NCBI GenBank assembly: GCA_965660445.1
Contig: CBFIAK010000001.1
Span: 32,001-96,000 of the forward strand
Reading direction: 5' to 3'
From: Patescibacteria group bacterium
GTDB lineage: Bacteria > Patescibacteriota > Gracilibacteria > UBA4473
DNA: 64,000 nt
A model generated the notes under the pieces. That model saw nothing but the letters and a program-made list of their open reading frames with translations, had not been told where the DNA came from and did not search any database. Position numbers and translations under genes: made by a program. Positions 10,325 through 20,831 of the stretch are shown here, piece after piece. Position 1 is the stretch's first letter. Every line of letters starts with the position of its first letter.

Positions 10325-12418
10325 TTATTTTCGTTCACTAATAATTTTTTCCGAAACACTTGATGGGACTTTATCATAATGAGAAAACTCCATTGAATAA
10401 CTCGCACGTCCTTGTGTAAATGATCGAAGATCAGTTGCATACCCAAACATGGACGCCAAAGGAATTTTTGCTTGTACACATTTTGCAAGTCCTCGGTCAC
10501 CACTTTCTTGAATAATTCCTCTTCGAGACGAAATATCTCCCATAACATCTCCTAAGTAATCTTCTGGTGTGACAATCTCAACAGACATAATAGGTTCCAA
10601 AAGAACTGGTTTTGCTTTTTTTGCTCCTTCTTTGAAAGCATGAATAGCTGCTGTTTTAAACGCTAATTCTGAAGAGTCCACATCATGATAAGACCCATCA
10701 ATAAGCTCTACTTCTACATCAACAACAGGATACCCTGCCAAAACTCCTCGATTAATAGCTTCTGTAAACCCTTTTTGACATCCCGGAATGTATTCATTTG
10801 GAATAGAAGCTCCTTTAATAGAGTTAATAAACTTAAACGAAGCATCATCATCTGTGGTTTTGACTCTTGGTCGAATTTTACAAACAACATGTCCAAACTG
10901 ACCACGTCCTCCTGATTGCTTCTTATGCGTATATTCTGATTCTACTTCTTGTTGAATTGTTTCTCTATACGCTACTTGTGGTTGTCCGATATTTGCTTCG
11001 ACTTTAAACTCTCGTTTCATACGATCCACTAAAACATCAAGATGTAATTCACCCATCCCCGACATAATAGTTTGTCCAGTATCTTCATCCGTATACACTT
11101 TGAATGTTGGATCTTCTTCTGCAAGTTTTTGTAACGCCAACCCCATTTTTTCTTGATCGGCTTTTGTTTTTGGTTCAATAGAAATTGAAATAACTGGTTC
11201 TGGAAAGTTCATAGACTCAAGCACAATGGGTTGTTTTTCATCACATAATGTTTCCCCTGTTTTTGTACTCTTAATACCCACAACCGCTCCAATATGTCCA
11301 GCAGGAATTTCTTGAATTTCTTCTCGAGTATTGGCATGCATTTGAAGCAATCGTCCAATACGTTCTTTTTCTCCTGAATTTACGTTGTACACATATGACC
11401 CAGAACTTAAGACACCTGAATACACACGCACAAAAGTAATTCGTCCCACATATGGATCGGTTGCAATTTTGAATGCCAAAGCAGCGAGTGGTTCTGTTTT
11501 GCTTGGTTTTCGTCTAATAATTTCTTCTGCATTGTCTGGATGATGCCCATCAATACTTCCTACATCTAATGGGGTTGGCAAATAATACGTAACCGCATCA
11601 AGCAGAGGTTGAACTCCTTTGTTTTTGAGAGCCGTTCCTGTTAAAACTGGTACAAAATGCCCCTTAATAGTTGCTTTTCGAATTCCTGCTCGAATTTCAT
11701 CGACTGTTAACTCACTACCCTCAAGATATTTTTCCATCAATGCTTCATCCGTAGTTGCAATCGCTTCTAACATTTTCCCTCTCCATTCTTGTGCAACTTT
11801 CATTTCTTCAGCGGGAACATCAATTACTTCTAGTTCTTTTCCTGCATCATCATGATAAATAGTCGCTTTCATTTCTACTAAGTCAATAATCCCTTGAAAC
11901 TGAGACTCTATTCCAATGGGAAGCTGAATAGGATATGCATCTTTCGTAAGTCGCTCAATAATCGATTCGTATGAACGCCAAAAACTCGCCCCTGTTCGAT
12001 CAAGTTTATTGATAAAACACATTCGAGGAACTTTATACGTATCAGCTTGTCGCCATACAGTTTCTGATTGTGGCTCAACACCCGCAACACCATCAAACAC
12101 ACAAACCGCTCCATCAAGGACTCGAAGTGATCGCTCTACTTCTACCGTAAAATCAACGTGCCCAGGTGTATCGATAATATTAATCTGACAATCTTGCCAA
12201 AAACAAGTTGTTGCCGCAGAAGTAATAGTAATTCCACGCTCTTGTTCTTGTTCCATCCAGTCCATAGTTGCCTGACCATCATGAACTTCCCCAATTTTAT
12301 GTGACCGTCCTGTATAAAACAAGATTCGTTCGGTTACAGTGGTTTTTCCAGCATCAATATGGGCAATAATCCCGATATTTCGCACTTTGTCTAATGAGTA
12401 ATGTTGAGGTTTTGACAT
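10325..12418 (-). CDS. fusA: Elongation factor G
   Basis: [33 protein letters not shown] and all five EF-G domains. Confidence 0.98.
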   Translation of the reverse strand: MSKPQHYSLDKVRNIGIIAHIDAGKTTVTERILFYTGRSHKIGEVHDGQATMDWMEQEQERGITITSAATTCFWQDCQINIIDTPGHVDFTVEVERSLRVLDGAVCVFDGVAGVEPQSETVWRQADTYKVPRMCFINKLDRTGASFWRSYESIIERLTKDAYPIQLPIGIESQFQGIIDLVEMKATIYHDDAGKELEVIDVPAEEMKVAQEWRGKMLEAIATTDEALMEKYLEGSELTVDEIRAGIRKATIKGHFVPVLTGTALKNKGVQPLLDAVTYYLPTPLDVGSIDGHHPDNAEEIIRRKPSKTEPLAALAFKIATDPYVGRITFVRVYSGVLSSGSYVYNVNSGEKERIGRLLQMHANTREEIQEIPAGHIGAVVGIKSTKTGETLCDEKQPIVLESMNFPEPVISISIEPKTKADQEKMGLALQKLAEEDPTFKVYTDEDTGQTIMSGMGELHLDVLVDRMKREFKVEANIGQPQVAYRETIQQEVESEYTHKKQSGGRGQFGHVVCKIRPRVKTTDDDASFKFINSIKGASIPNEYIPGCQKGFTEAINRGVLAGYPVVDVEVELIDGSYHDVDSSELAFKTAAIHAFKEGAKKAKPVLLEPIMSVEIVTPEDYLGDVMGDISSRRGIIQESGDRGLAKCVQAKIPLASMFGYATDLRSFTQGRASYSMEFSHYDKVPSSVSEKIISERK

Positions 12419-12543
12419 AGTCAATAAAAATTAAAAAAATACAGCTAAAAATCGTGTGGATTGTAAAAAGTGTTCTAAAAATGTCAATACAATCCAAGAG
12501 AGCATACCAAAAGAACCCAAAAAAAAGAAACCAAATTATTCCC

Positions 12544-12984
12544 TTAACGGTTTGAAAACGATTTCAAGAGAGTATCAAGTTTTTTCTGTCCCTCAACATA
12601 CAATTCTTCAATATACGAACGAGAAGCATTATATAATTCATCTATTTTTTGTTTTCCTTCTTTTGTTTTGTATTCAGCCGTTGTTTTTGCTTTTTCATAC
12701 CAAGCCTGTAGATCAATCATCATTGTTTGATATTTATGAGATAATGTGTTTTTTTGTTTCTCATAATATTGCGATGTAGCATCTGCTTGTTTTTCCACGC
12801 AAGCCTCAACCTCAGCTTGATACACATTCACCGCCTCTATACCAGAATCCCAAAAAGATGACAATGAACCAGACAATGAATCAAGCTGGCTCTGCACTTG
12901 CTTATTTGCTGTTTCATACATTTTTTTTGCTGATTCATACCATGATTCGGCTGTATCACGATTATTGTTTTCTAAAGGAGGCAT
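12544..12984 (-). CDS. Hypothetical amphipathic helical protein
   Basis: ATG 12984 (MPPLENNN); repeated WYE.AKK-like helices; the longer upstream extension overlaps smpB. Confidence 0.55.
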   Translation of the reverse strand: MPPLENNNRDTAESWYESAKKMYETANKQVQSQLDSLSGSLSSFWDSGIEAVNVYQAEVEACVEKQADATSQYYEKQKNTLSHKYQTMMIDLQAWYEKAKTTAEYKTKEGKQKIDELYNASRSYIEELYVEGQKKLDTLLKSFSNR

Positions 12985-13094
12985 ATAAAAAGAATTTAAG
13001 AATTCAATAGAAATAATACCAGAAAAAGAAAAACAAACAAACCTAAAAAAAGCCACTTGAAGCAAAATAAAAACTATGATACACATAAAAGACA

Positions 13095-13532
13095 ATGATT
13101 CAGAATAAAAAAGCTTTTTTTGATTATGACATCCAAGACACACTGCTTGCGGGAATGGTTCTTCAAGGATGGGAAGTGAAATCAATTCGCAATCAAAACG
13201 CTCATATAAAAGGAGCATGGATTAAGATTCGAAACGGAGAAGCTTTTTTAGAAAATTTTCAGATAAATCCATACAAATTTGCCCCTGAGTCAAAGCAAAC
13301 TACAACACAAGTAAAACTATTATTGAAGAAAAAAGAAATAGATTCGCTTGAACGAAAAATAAAGGAAAAAAACATGAGTCTTGTTCCGTTACGTATTCTT
13401 GATCGATCAAAACATATCAAGTGTGAGATCGGTATTGGGAAAGGACGAAAAAAATACGAAAAACGAAACGTTTTAAAAGAACGAACTGAAAAACGAGAAA
13501 TTGCACAAAAATTGAAAAAATTTCGAACATAA
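13095..13532 (+). CDS. smpB: SsrA-binding protein
   Basis: NKKAFFDY, AGMVLQGWEVKSIR and GKGRKKYEKR motifs. Confidence 0.95.
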   Translation: MIQNKKAFFDYDIQDTLLAGMVLQGWEVKSIRNQNAHIKGAWIKIRNGEAFLENFQINPYKFAPESKQTTTQVKLLLKKKEIDSLERKIKEKNMSLVPLRILDRSKHIKCEIGIGKGRKKYEKRNVLKERTEKREIAQKLKKFRT

Positions 13533-13545
13533 GTAGTATCAAAAT

Positions 13546-14007
13546 ATGAAAGAACCAAAAAAGCTGTCACTTGCGGAATCAAAAGTTATTGATTCTCGAA
13601 CGGCCAACAATGGTCAAATTATTCGACGTCGTCGCGAATGCCTCCACACTGGACAACGCTTCACAACCTTTGAACGTATTCAAACATCAAACCTTATTGT
13701 TCTGAAACGAGATGGAACATCTGAACCATATGATCGAGAAAAACTCGAGAAAGGGATTATGATATCCTGCGGAAAAAGAGCTATATCGATCAATATTATT
13801 CATGCCCAACTTTCAGAACTCGAAGAAAAATGGAGCCAAAAAGGAAGTGTTGAATCACAACAAATTGGAGAGGATATTATGAAAATGTTAAAAAAAATAG
13901 ATGATGTGGCTTATATCAGATTCGCTTCAGTCTACAAAAAATTTCAAGATATTGAAACGTTTAAGAAAGCACTTGATGAAGTTCTTGAAAAACACAACGA
14001 GTCATAG
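13546..14007 (+). CDS. nrdR: Transcriptional repressor NrdR (ATP cone; degenerate Zn ribbon)
   Basis: KVIDSR, RRRREC, RFTTFE, KRDG and AYIRFASVY motifs. Confidence 0.9.
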   Translation: MKEPKKLSLAESKVIDSRTANNGQIIRRRRECLHTGQRFTTFERIQTSNLIVLKRDGTSEPYDREKLEKGIMISCGKRAISINIIHAQLSELEEKWSQKGSVESQQIGEDIMKMLKKIDDVAYIRFASVYKKFQDIETFKKALDEVLEKHNES

Positions 14008-14059
14008 ATTTTAAAAAAAGTTCTGTTGTTTTTTTCTTCTTCTTTCATACTATAACAGC

Positions 14060-14623
14060 ATGGATATAATATTTATTGGTATACAAGGATCAGGAAAAGG
14101 CACTCAAGCACGATTATTACAAGAAAAAAAGGGGTATGCTCTTTTTGAAACAGGTGCTCAATTGCGCTCTATAAGTCAAGAAAACTCAGTACTCGGAAAA
14201 AAGATAAAAAAAATTATTGAGAATGGAAATCTCGTTGAAAATGAAACGGTTATGGCATTAGTTGAGACTTTTTTGGAATCACACAATGCATCTCAGCCAA
14301 TTCTTTTCGATGGGATCCCTCGTTTTGAAACACAACGTCAATCACTCGAAACACTTCTCAACAATCAAAACCGATTATTTCATGTGATACACATAACCCT
14401 TCCTGAATCAGAAGTGCTCAAACGTCTGCACGAACGAGCTGAAAAAGAAGGACGAAAAGATGACACAAAAGAAGCAATTCAAACACGAATTCAGCATTTT
14501 TATACATACACACAACCACTCATCGATACATGGAAAAAAGAAAACAAAATAACAACTATTAATGGAGACCGACCACTCCAAGATGTTCATACAGACATTC
14601 TTTCTCTCATCAATTCACTGTAG
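14060..14623 (+). CDS. adk: Adenylate kinase, short LID
   Basis: GIQGSGKGTQA, FDGIPR and GRKDD motifs. Confidence 0.88.
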   Translation: MDIIFIGIQGSGKGTQARLLQEKKGYALFETGAQLRSISQENSVLGKKIKKIIENGNLVENETVMALVETFLESHNASQPILFDGIPRFETQRQSLETLLNNQNRLFHVIHITLPESEVLKRLHERAEKEGRKDDTKEAIQTRIQHFYTYTQPLIDTWKKENKITTINGDRPLQDVHTDILSLINSL

Positions 14624-14631
14624 ATTTATTC

Positions 14632-15381
14632 ATGAAAATTATCCCAAAGACTCCAGAACAGATTCAACTCATGAGACAAGCGGGTACTATCTGGCGTGAA
14701 ACAATTGAGGTATTAAAAAAACACATTCAGGAGGGAACAACGCTTCTTTCTTTAGATGCTATTGCAGAAGAAACAATCCGAAGCAAAAATGCCATTCCTG
14801 CTTTCAAAGACTTTGAAGGATTTCCAAACACGCTCTGCACAATGCTCAATAGTGAAGTTGTTCATGGAATTCCTGATAATCGAACACTCAAAAATGGAGA
14901 TTTACTCACCATTGATGGCGGATGCATTTATAAAGGATGGTATAGTGATGCCGCTTTTAGTATAATTGTAGGTGGCGATGAAATGAATCCCGCACGAGCT
15001 CGGTTTTCAAAAACAGTATACCAAGCACTTCAACAAGGCTGTCAAATGGCTCGCACAGGTAATACCCTCGGAGATATTGGCTGGGCGATTGAAAAACATA
15101 TTACTGAAAACGGATATACGCTGTGTAAAGAATACACGGGGCACGGTATTGGTATGTCTATGCATGAAGAACCATATGTCTATAATTATGGAAACCGTCA
15201 TGAAGGTATGAAACTGCGCACAGGTATGACCTTATGCATTGAGCCTATTGTGACTATGGGGAAACCAAAAGTAAAAATCCTTTCTGATGGATGGACGGTC
15301 GCAACACATGATGGAAAAGATGCTTGCCAGTGGGAACACTGCGGAGTTGTAACTCCTGATGGGTTTGATATTTTCGTCTAA
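14632..15381 (+). CDS. map: Type I methionine aminopeptidase
   Basis: VVHGIP, GHGIG..MHEEP, IEP and WEH motifs. Confidence 0.95.
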   Translation: MKIIPKTPEQIQLMRQAGTIWRETIEVLKKHIQEGTTLLSLDAIAEETIRSKNAIPAFKDFEGFPNTLCTMLNSEVVHGIPDNRTLKNGDLLTIDGGCIYKGWYSDAAFSIIVGGDEMNPARARFSKTVYQALQQGCQMARTGNTLGDIGWAIEKHITENGYTLCKEYTGHGIGMSMHEEPYVYNYGNRHEGMKLRTGMTLCIEPIVTMGKPKVKILSDGWTVATHDGKDACQWEHCGVVTPDGFDIFV

Positions 15382-15384
15382 AAC

Positions 15385-16950
15385 ATGAACACAGAATCCA
15401 AACAGAAAACACGAACATTCAAAAATAAAATCGGTCTTCTTATTGGTATTTTTGTGGTGTGTATTGGGATAGGAATTCTCATTGTGATTATTCCGTTTCT
15501 AAAACTCGGTATTGGCACAAGCCCGACGCTTATTGTACTTATTAACGAAAACGAAGCTCGTCCATGTGGAGGATTTTTAACCGCCTACGGTGTCGTGCAG
15601 TTATTCCCTCCTCAATTCGAAATATCTGATATCTACGCACTCAAAGATCATGATTTTGGAGTATCTTCATTTCCGATTACGCAGGTATCTGAAAAACAAT
15701 ATTTTTGGGATTTAGGGACATCAACAAATAAATACGAATGCAGTAAAACCCTCACTGATGCCTACAATCATATATCATCAACACCGGTCACCCAAACAAT
15801 TCTTGTCCCCTTTGCAAGCATTGAAAAACTCCTTAATCCTCTTTTTCCGCTTATTCTTGATGGAGAAAGTGTTGATCAATCAAACTTTTTTTCATTTTTC
15901 TCACGCAAAGCCGCAGATGTAGACCGCCATGACGAAGAAGCTCTTCAGGGACGGAAATCTCCGATGAAAATACTGGCAAAAGAAAGCATAAAAAAGGTTC
16001 TCACACACCCCACAGCACTCTTTTCTGTGTGGAAAAAATCACAAGAAATGATACAAAGTGAAGAGATATTCACTCCACATGCTTCACAAAACTCAAAAGA
16101 AACAAGTCCTGAACTTCGCATCGTTGAATGGAATCTTGGAGGAGGAAAGAGTTCTCGATACCTACAAAAAAAACTCACAATGCGTATCACAGAAACAAGT
16201 CCTCAGCTATGGAATATAAATATTACTTTTACAGCACAAAACCACAGTCAAAATGATGCACCACTCGGACAAGACTGGAAGGGTGTTTTTTCGGTACAAT
16301 TTCCTGATTTTTTATCACTCACATCAGAAGAAATATCTGCACATATCCCAACAAATGGAGTTTTTGAAACCAAGTGGTACACAACGTACAGAGGAAACCT
16401 TCCATCATTAAGTATAAGAACCAACGCATATCAGTCATTATTCGCTGATATTTCTGTTTCTGCATTTCCTCAACAAACCATTCACTCTCACACACTCAAC
16501 ACAAAAGAACATTTCGGAGTATTTTGGGGGCAGATTTATGAGTACCAAGCACTGGATTGGAATATTACAAAAGACCAAATTCCACCCTTTATTACACGAC
16601 ATACTATTATTCCAATTAATATCATTGATGGAGCTTTAGAAAACGAAACCAAGAAAGCACAATTCAAAGAAAACAGTCTCTTTGTAGAACTTCATTTCAA
16701 TGAAGAAATAAACATTATTCAACCACTTCGTACACAACTAATCGATACACAATGGGAAAACGAACAAGAGGAACACCTATCTCATACACAATATCACCTT
16801 TTATCAGACAAAAAAACACTCTTACTCGCATTTCCAAGTACAATAAAACAAAAAAATGAACGCTACAAAATTCAAGTCGAAAACATAGAAGATCTCTTCG
16901 GAAATCGCCTTATTACAAAGCCTCGAACGGTTATAGACCGCACAGAATAA
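15385..16950 (+). CDS. Membrane-anchored protein, DUF4012-like
   Basis: N-terminal TM; NENEARPCGGF and EWNLGGGKS resemble DUF4012-family motifs; Ig-like C-terminus. Confidence 0.55.
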   Translation: MNTESKQKTRTFKNKIGLLIGIFVVCIGIGILIVIIPFLKLGIGTSPTLIVLINENEARPCGGFLTAYGVVQLFPPQFEISDIYALKDHDFGVSSFPITQVSEKQYFWDLGTSTNKYECSKTLTDAYNHISSTPVTQTILVPFASIEKLLNPLFPLILDGESVDQSNFFSFFSRKAADVDRHDEEALQGRKSPMKILAKESIKKVLTHPTALFSVWKKSQEMIQSEEIFTPHASQNSKETSPELRIVEWNLGGGKSSRYLQKKLTMRITETSPQLWNINITFTAQNHSQNDAPLGQDWKGVFSVQFPDFLSLTSEEISAHIPTNGVFETKWYTTYRGNLPSLSIRTNAYQSLFADISVSAFPQQTIHSHTLNTKEHFGVFWGQIYEYQALDWNITKDQIPPFITRHTIIPINIIDGALENETKKAQFKENSLFVELHFNEEINIIQPLRTQLIDTQWENEQEEHLSHTQYHLLSDKKTLLLAFPSTIKQKNERYKIQVENIEDLFGNRLITKPRTVIDRTE

Positions 16951-17021
16951 GAATGAAAAACTCATTGACTTCTCACCTCAACCCCTTACAATAGACAGAG
17001 AGATTTATATCAACCCTCTTT

Positions 17022-17351
17022 ATGAATTCTCACTCCGAAAAACGAATACAGTTATCGTTTTTAATACAAAAAACGAACACACTGTTAACGACCTATTTGA
17101 GTATTATCACCCTCATTCTTGGATTCCTCTATTTGTTTGGACTCAATACTGTTGCTATGCGTGGGTATATACTCACACAAGAAGCCTACAAAAGCCAAGT
17201 TATAGCCCAAGAATTAGAACGACTTGATTCCCAAATTACAGCACTAGATACAAAAGAATTTCTCACGAAAAAAACAGAGGCCTCTTTTATGGTTTATAAC
17301 AATAAAAAAGATTTCTTAGTATACAAGGCTCATTATACAGCACAAAAGTAA
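17022..17351 (+). CDS. Small TM plus coiled-coil protein, FtsL-like topology
   Basis: One TM followed by a heptad-rich segment. Confidence 0.45.
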   Translation: MNSHSEKRIQLSFLIQKTNTLLTTYLSIITLILGFLYLFGLNTVAMRGYILTQEAYKSQVIAQELERLDSQITALDTKEFLTKKTEASFMVYNNKKDFLVYKAHYTAQK

Positions 17352-17448
17352 TAACAAAAACTCATACTTACAGCGAAAAATCAAGGTCATTTTTTTGTCA
17401 TTTGTTCGAATACCTCTATAATTAAAGGATTTTATAAAAATAAACTTC

Positions 17449-20100
17449 ATGTCTCATTTTGATTCATTTACCAAACTTGCGAAGAACATCATTATTTTTG
17501 CTCAAGAAGAAATGCAAAGGCTCGGAGACGAAAAGCTTTCTACTCAACACATATTATTAGGAATACTCCGCCAACCGAAATCTGTTGGAGGAAAGGTATT
17601 ACATCAGTTTGGGATTGATTATGAAAATGCGTTTCGTGTGGCACAAACACTGGCACACAAAACTGATGGTGAAGAGAGAGGCACCGAGGAAGAAGCAAAA
17701 ATATTTTCTCAACAAACACAAACTATCATTTCAGCTTCTGCTCAAACAGCGCTTGATTTTGGGCACTCAATGGTTGATTCTGAGCATATTCTTTATGCTT
17801 TATGCCAAGAAAGTAGCGGTGGAGCTTATGACATACTTGAAACACTTATGGTACCTCCGATGGTGATTAGTGATCAATTAGAAACATTGTTTAAGCAAAC
17901 AAAGAATACAAATGAAGACACGCCACATCAAGACATACAAACAACAACACCAACAGCGCAACAATTTGAGCAATTACTCAATGGTATTCAGGGGATTTTA
18001 GTGGGAATGAGTGTCGGAGTTGGTGAATCAAAGCAAATGGATGATCAACCATTTACCCATATGGATGAAGAAGATCAGAGTATGGAACACCATGCTCGAA
18101 CACGCAAAAAGAAGAAGCTTGCTCTTGATTATTTTTGTATAGATTTCACAGAAATGGCAGAAGACGGAAAACTCGATCCGGTTATTGGTCGTGATGATGA
18201 AACAAAACGAATGGTACAAATTCTCGCTCGAAAAAATAAAAACAATCCTATCTTATTAGGGGATCCAGGAGTTGGAAAAACAGCGATTGTTGAAGGACTT
18301 GCTCAACAAATAGTACAAGGGAATGTTCCTGATAAACTTATTGATAAACGAGTTCTTTCTCTTTCTATGGCAAACCTTATTGCGGGAACGAAATATCGAG
18401 GAGAGTTTGAAGAACGGCTCAAACGTATTATAGAAGAGGCATCAGAAGCTGATAATGAAATCATCCTTTTTATTGACGAACTTCATACTATTATGGGAGC
18501 TGGGTCGGCAGAAGGATCTCTTGATGCAGCAAATATACTCAAGCCTGCACTTTCTCGAGGACTTATCCAAATGATTGGAGCGACTACTGTAGAAGAATAC
18601 CGGAAACATATTGAAAAAGATGCGGCACTTGCTCGTCGATTTCAATCGATTGACGTACCCGAACCATCACTTGAAGACGCTCTCAAGATTCTTAAAGGGC
18701 TTAAACCTCATTATGAAGAACATCATTTTGTTCGTATTGATGATGAAGCGTTAGAAAAAGCAGTTGAGCTTTCTGATCGATATATAAACGATCGATTTTT
18801 ACCTGATAAAGCCCTTGATCTTATTGATGAAACCTGTGCATCACAATCGATTACACACAGACTGAATGGAAAAGAAATTCGTGCACTACGACAACGGATT
18901 TCAAAAATACAAACACAGAAAGAAAAGGCAGCTGTCGATCAAAACTACGAGAAAGCAAACAAGTTCTACCAAGAAGAACAACGGCTTGAAGAAGAGTTAC
19001 AAGCTTTAAAAACAAAAAAAGTTGTTGGACGAAAACCTAAAAAAATAACGGCTGAAAACATTGCTCAAATACTGCAAGATATCACCAAAATACCCGTCAC
19101 AAAAATGATGGATAATGAAACCGAAAACCTCAAAAGTATGGAATCTGATCTCAGAAAACATATTATTGGACAAGAAAAAGGAATTTCAGAAGTTGCCAAA
19201 TATATCCGCCGGTCTCGTATAGGGCTTCATGATCCACGCCGACCGAGAGGAGTTTTCTTATTTCTTGGACCCACCGGAGTTGGGAAAACAGAACTCGTAA
19301 AACAACTCGCAAAAACCGTATATCATGACGAAAAAGCGTTGATTAAGATTGATATGTCTGAATTCTCATCGCCTCATACAGGTTCTCGACTTGTAGGAGC
19401 ACCTGCAGGATACGTGGGGTACGAAAACGGAGGAGAGCTGACTGAAAAAGTACGACGAAAGCCATACAGTATTCTTTTGTTTGATGAAATTGAAAAAGCT
19501 CATCGAGATGTACACAATATGCTCTTGCAAATTTTCGAAGACGGACAATTAACAGACGGAAAAGGACGACAAGTATCTTTCCGAAACACGATTATCATTA
19601 TGACTTCTAATATTGGATCTGAACGATTTAAGTCGAATGCAAAAAATATTGGGTTTAGCACCTCAAAACAAGAACAAGAAAAAGGAGAACAAGAACTCAA
19701 AACCATTACCAAAGATGTACTTGAATCATTAAAACAGACTTTTTCACCAGAATTCATAAACCGACTTGATTCCACAGTTGTATTTCATCCTTTGTCAAAA
19801 GAATCAATTAAAAAAATTGTGGCGTTACATATTGAAGAGTTCCAAAATCGACTCAACAAGAAAGGAATCACACTGAAAATAAGTGGATCTCCTATAAACG
19901 CGTTAGCGGCTCGGTCGTATAACCCAGAAACAGGAGCTCGTGAAGTTCGACGTATTATTGCGGATCAGTTAGAACATCCTCTTGTTGAAGCATTAATGCA
20001 TGGAGATATTCATGAGAACGATACCGTTCAAGTGCGATATAACACAAGCACAGAACAATGTGAGTTTCAACGCGTTCTCAAAACCACAAAAAAGAAGTAA
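17449..20100 (+). CDS. clpC: ATP-dependent Clp protease ATP-binding subunit
   Basis: Clp_N repeats, two Walker A motifs (GDPGVGKT, GPTGVGKT), UVR-like middle domain. Confidence 0.92.
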   Translation: MSHFDSFTKLAKNIIIFAQEEMQRLGDEKLSTQHILLGILRQPKSVGGKVLHQFGIDYENAFRVAQTLAHKTDGEERGTEEEAKIFSQQTQTIISASAQTALDFGHSMVDSEHILYALCQESSGGAYDILETLMVPPMVISDQLETLFKQTKNTNEDTPHQDIQTTTPTAQQFEQLLNGIQGILVGMSVGVGESKQMDDQPFTHMDEEDQSMEHHARTRKKKKLALDYFCIDFTEMAEDGKLDPVIGRDDETKRMVQILARKNKNNPILLGDPGVGKTAIVEGLAQQIVQGNVPDKLIDKRVLSLSMANLIAGTKYRGEFEERLKRIIEEASEADNEIILFIDELHTIMGAGSAEGSLDAANILKPALSRGLIQMIGATTVEEYRKHIEKDAALARRFQSIDVPEPSLEDALKILKGLKPHYEEHHFVRIDDEALEKAVELSDRYINDRFLPDKALDLIDETCASQSITHRLNGKEIRALRQRISKIQTQKEKAAVDQNYEKANKFYQEEQRLEEELQALKTKKVVGRKPKKITAENIAQILQDITKIPVTKMMDNETENLKSMESDLRKHIIGQEKGISEVAKYIRRSRIGLHDPRRPRGVFLFLGPTGVGKTELVKQLAKTVYHDEKALIKIDMSEFSSPHTGSRLVGAPAGYVGYENGGELTEKVRRKPYSILLFDEIEKAHRDVHNMLLQIFEDGQLTDGKGRQVSFRNTIIIMTSNIGSERFKSNAKNIGFSTSKQEQEKGEQELKTITKDVLESLKQTFSPEFINRLDSTVVFHPLSKESIKKIVALHIEEFQNRLNKKGITLKISGSPINALAARSYNPETGAREVRRIIADQLEHPLVEALMHGDIHENDTVQVRYNTSTEQCEFQRVLKTTKKK

Positions 20101-20216
20101 GTCTTCAAAAAACATAATCGTATGAAACTATTACGGAAGTCTGTATACGTTTCATGATGACTGAAACAAGAAAGAAGTATTGCATTTTTTTGAAAAATAG
20201 ATAAAAATGCTGCACG

Positions 20217-20696
20217 ATGAAAAAAGAAACAAAACCTCAAACAACCCAATCAAATGAGATCGAGACACTCATAGCAGAAAACGAGAAACTAAAAATAGAA
20301 CTTGAAGAAGCAAAACAACTTCAAATAAGAGCTCTTGCTGATTTACAAAACGTACAACGACGAGAAAGCGAACAAAAATCAATGTGGTCACGTGACGCGG
20401 TAGTATTCTTTTTTCAAAAACTCATTCCTCGATTAAACGAAGTAATGCAGTGCGGAAAACACACGCAAGATAAAAATGTTCAAAAAACCATCACGACGTT
20501 TCTTGAGAGTTTAGAAAAACAAGGACTTGTGATGATAAACCCAAAACAAGGAGATGTTATTGATCCAAATATACACGAAGTTCTTCTTGTGGCGGAAGGC
20601 AAAAAAGACACTGTTGTGTCTGTGCTAGAAATCGGATGGCAGTTTCAAGACAGAGTCATTACTCCTGCAAAGATATCAGGCGGACAAGACGTATAG
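20217..20696 (+). CDS. grpE: Nucleotide exchange factor GrpE
   Basis: RALADLQNVQRR, DPNIHE and GWQFQDRVITPAK motifs. Confidence 0.88.
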   Translation: MKKETKPQTTQSNEIETLIAENEKLKIELEEAKQLQIRALADLQNVQRRESEQKSMWSRDAVVFFFQKLIPRLNEVMQCGKHTQDKNVQKTITTFLESLEKQGLVMINPKQGDVIDPNIHEVLLVAEGKKDTVVSVLEIGWQFQDRVITPAKISGGQDV

Positions 20697-20714
20697 TTTA
20701 TAACATTCTCTCTC

Positions 20715-20831
20715 ATGGCAAAAAAGAAAACATTTCGTATAAAAAAGAAAAAATTAGCCCTTCAAATAATCGTTTGGATTATTATTGTAGCGCTTTTAGG
20801 AACCGTCTTCTTACCTGCATTTTTAGGCTGA
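20715..20831 (+). CDS. 38-aa basic single-TM protein, absent from the ORF track
   Basis: MAKKKTFRIKKKKLALQIIVWIIIVALLGTVFLPAFLG*; its TGA overlaps the mnmA ATG (TGATG). Confidence 0.65.
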   Translation: MAKKKTFRIKKKKLALQIIVWIIIVALLGTVFLPAFLG

